In this document: positions 62,067-64,000 of the stretch, in pieces
Numbering within the stretch: the stretch's first letter is position 1
Layout: every line of letters starts with the position of its first letter
Origin: Alphaproteobacteria bacterium
GTDB lineage: Bacteria; Pseudomonadota; Alphaproteobacteria; GCA-2731375
DNA: 64,000 nt
Assembly: GCA_965232515.1 (NCBI GenBank)
Contig: CBDDPY010000002.1
Coordinates: forward strand, 800,001 to 864,000
Reading direction: 5' to 3'
Position numbers and translations under genes: made by a program
The notes under the pieces: generated by a model
Told to the model about the DNA's origin: nothing
Database searches by the model: none
The model's input: the letters and a program-made list of their open reading frames with translations, nothing else

Positions 62067-63470
62067 TCAGGAGGCGCGGGCTTGGGGGAGGGCGGGGGCG
62101 AAGGCGGTGCTGGCGAAACGGACGACGTCACCGATGACCAACAGAGCCGGACCGTTGATGGCGTTGTCGGCGACCAGCTCGCCGAGGCCGGCCAGGCGGC
62201 CGCTGACAAGTCTCTGACTGGGCAAGGTGGCGTTCTCGATGACGGCGGCGGGCGTATTGCCGTCGCGACCATGGGCGATCAGGCGCGCGGCAATGGTGCC
62301 GGCATTCGACAGGCCCATGTAAACGACAATGGTCTGGTCGGTGCGCGCGAGGCCGGCCCAATCCACGTCCGGATCGCCGTCCTTGCCGTGACCGGTGACA
62401 AACGTCACGGCGGACGCGTGATCACGATGGGTGAGCGGAATGCGCGTCGCCGCCGCGGCGCCGGCCGCGGCCGTGATGCCGGGCACGACCTCGACGGGGA
62501 TGTCCTGGCGGCGTAGCTCATCGACTTCTTCGCCGCCCCGGCCGAAGACGAACGGATCACCGCCCTTCAGGCGCAGCACGCGCTTGCCGGCCCGTGCATG
62601 TTCGACCAGCAGCGCGTTGATTTCGTCCTGCGACAGGCTGTGGTTGGCCTTCGCCTTGCCGACATAGATGCGCTCGGCATCGCGGCGCACATAGTCCAGC
62701 AGGTCCGGGCCGATCAGGCGGTCGTAGACGACGACGTCGCAGTTCTGCATCAGGCGCAGCGCGCGCAATGTCAGCAGGTCGGGGTCGCCGGGCCCGGCGC
62801 CGACGATGTGCACGATGCCGTCGCCGCGCGCGGCGTCCGCCGGCAGATTGACCAGCGCCAGCATGTGCTCGCGCGCCGTGGTCTCGTTACCCGACAGCAC
62901 GGCGTCGGCGATCGGGCCGTCGAAGAAGCGTTCCCAGAACCGCCGTCGATCATCGCCATTTGGGAGGGTGGCGGCGACGGCCTGTCGGAAGGCGCGGGCG
63001 AAGCGGGCGAGACGGCCGATGCCGGCGGGCAGCAGCCGCTCGATCTCGGCCCGAATGCGGCGGACGAGAACGGGCGAGGCGCCGCCGGAGCCGATGGCGA
63101 CGATTACCGGATCGCGGTCGACGATGGCCGGCATGACGAACGTCGACAGTTTCGGCATGTCGACGACGTTGACCAGCACGCCGGCAGCCTGCGCCGCGCG
63201 GGCCACCTGGTGGTCGACGTTCACACGGGTCGTGGCGCTGATGACGAGCGCGTTTCCGTCAACGTCGTCGAGCTCGAACTTGCGCTGCTTCCACACCACA
63301 TCGCAGGCCTCGGCGAGCCCGGCGATCTCGTCGCAGGCGCGCGGCGCGACGACCGTGATCTCGGCGTTGGCCTTGCGCAGCAGGCGGATCTTGCGGGCGG
63401 CGATCTCGCCGCCGCCGACGACGAGGCAGGTCCGGCCGGCCAGATCCAGGAAGATCGGAAAGGCGCTCAT
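62067..63470 (-). CDS. cysG: Siroheme synthase
   Basis: VVGGG dehydrogenase domain, GAGPGDPDLLT, LKGGDP. Confidence 0.94.
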   Translation of the reverse strand: MSAFPIFLDLAGRTCLVVGGGEIAARKIRLLRKANAEITVVAPRACDEIAGLAEACDVVWKQRKFELDDVDGNALVISATTRVNVDHQVARAAQAAGVLVNVVDMPKLSTFVMPAIVDRDPVIVAIGSGGASPVLVRRIRAEIERLLPAGIGRLARFARAFRQAVAATLPNGDDRRRFWERFFDGPIADAVLSGNETTAREHMLALVNLPADAARGDGIVHIVGAGPGDPDLLTLRALRLMQNCDVVVYDRLIGPDLLDYVRRDAERIYVGKAKANHSLSQDEINALLVEHARAGKRVLRLKGGDPFVFGRGGEEVDELRRQDIPVEVVPGITAAAGAAAATRIPLTHRDHASAVTFVTGHGKDGDPDVDWAGLARTDQTIVVYMGLSNAGTIAARLIAHGRDGNTPAAVIENATLPSQRLVSGRLAGLGELVADNAINGPALLVIGDVVRFASTAFAPALPQARAS

Positions 63471-63553
63471 GACGCCACCACCCGCGTGGCGATACGCGCG
63501 TCAGTCAGCGACAGAGGGAATTCTAGTGGGAGTTCGGCTCTTGGCCCGTACAC
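63467..63553 (-). CDS. Putative 28-aa uORF translationally coupled to cysG
   Basis: AGGAG-N6-GTG start; its TGA overlaps the cysG ATG (ATGA). Confidence 0.55.
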   Translation of the reverse strand: MYGPRAELPLEFPLSLTDARIATRVVAS

Positions 63554-63602
63554 GGTATGCTCCTGTGACATCCCATAACGGGCCCACGGAGCATTCCCCG
63601 TG

Positions 63603-63654
63603 GCGCTTTAGCAGTTTGTAACGCGGATGCAAGCTGCCCGATCAAATCGCCGCG
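63603..63654 (-). ncRNA. SAM-II riboswitch upstream of the cys operon
   Basis: CGCGGCGAUUUGA...GCAGCUUGCAUCCGCG...CAAACUGCUAAA: P1, UUU, pseudoknot and GCUAAA all present. Confidence 0.8.
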
Positions 63655-63790
63655 AGTCCGTTGGGGTGGACCAGTCCGCTAACTCTTGCAATATTAGTAA
63701 AGACCTCTTCAGCGGGATGTCAATGTATTTACGCGTGATCCCGTATGATATTTTTTATCTACACCAATTCATGTGGAAATTAGCCGGTCG

Positions 63791-64000
63791 CTAGAAGCGG
63801 TCCGGCCGGAACGGCGTGACGTCGAACGGCGTGTGCCGCCCGGCAATGAGATCCGCAATCAGCCGGCCGGTAATCGGTCCAAGCGTCAGGCCGAGGTGGC
63901 CGTGGCCGAAGGCGAAATAGACCGATCGATGATGCGGCGACGGCCCGATCACCGGCAACGAGTCGGGCATCGACGGCCGGAAGCCCAGCCATTCGCGATT
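63791..64000 (-). CDS. FAD-dependent D-amino-acid dehydrogenase-like oxidoreductase, C-terminal part
   Basis: WLGFRPSMPDSLPVIG...FGHGHLGLTLGPITG...RPDRF*; this frame is absent from the ORF track. Confidence 0.85.
   Translation of the reverse strand, partial: NREWLGFRPSMPDSLPVIGPSPHHRSVYFAFGHGHLGLTLGPITGRLIADLIAGRHTPFDVTPFRPDRF

Overview
High-GC chromosomal segment whose gene content (DctBD/DctPQM, DUF934/DUF2849 cys operon, SAM-II riboswitches, GTTC-N7-GTTC LexA boxes, Irr-type boxes) indicates an Alphaproteobacterium, probably Rhodospirillales-like. It holds about 66 CDS: C4-dicarboxylate TRAP uptake, many catabolic and detox enzymes (three GSTs, two amidohydrolase+LLM pairs, hydantoinase A/B, a fluoroacetate-dehalogenase-like hydrolase), katG, tRNA-Ser(GCT) followed by a GIY-YIG gene, argD, and a convergent sulfur-assimilation/methionine locus. 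I saw no phage, CRISPR array or intact IS. The most interesting signals are non-coding or too small for the ORF track: (1) a leaderless Arg-rich leader peptide before argD; (2) two SAM-II riboswitches, one apparently acting through a 28-codon uORF coupled to cysG and one followed by an intrinsic terminator; (3) LexA boxes before an unknown small ORF that faces SRAP and before a GFA gene; (4) two tandem CUCCCUG-terminator sRNA candidates; (5) an unexplained long RNA hairpin; (6) three different palindromic repeat families. All product calls come from reading motifs by eye; no database searches were run.
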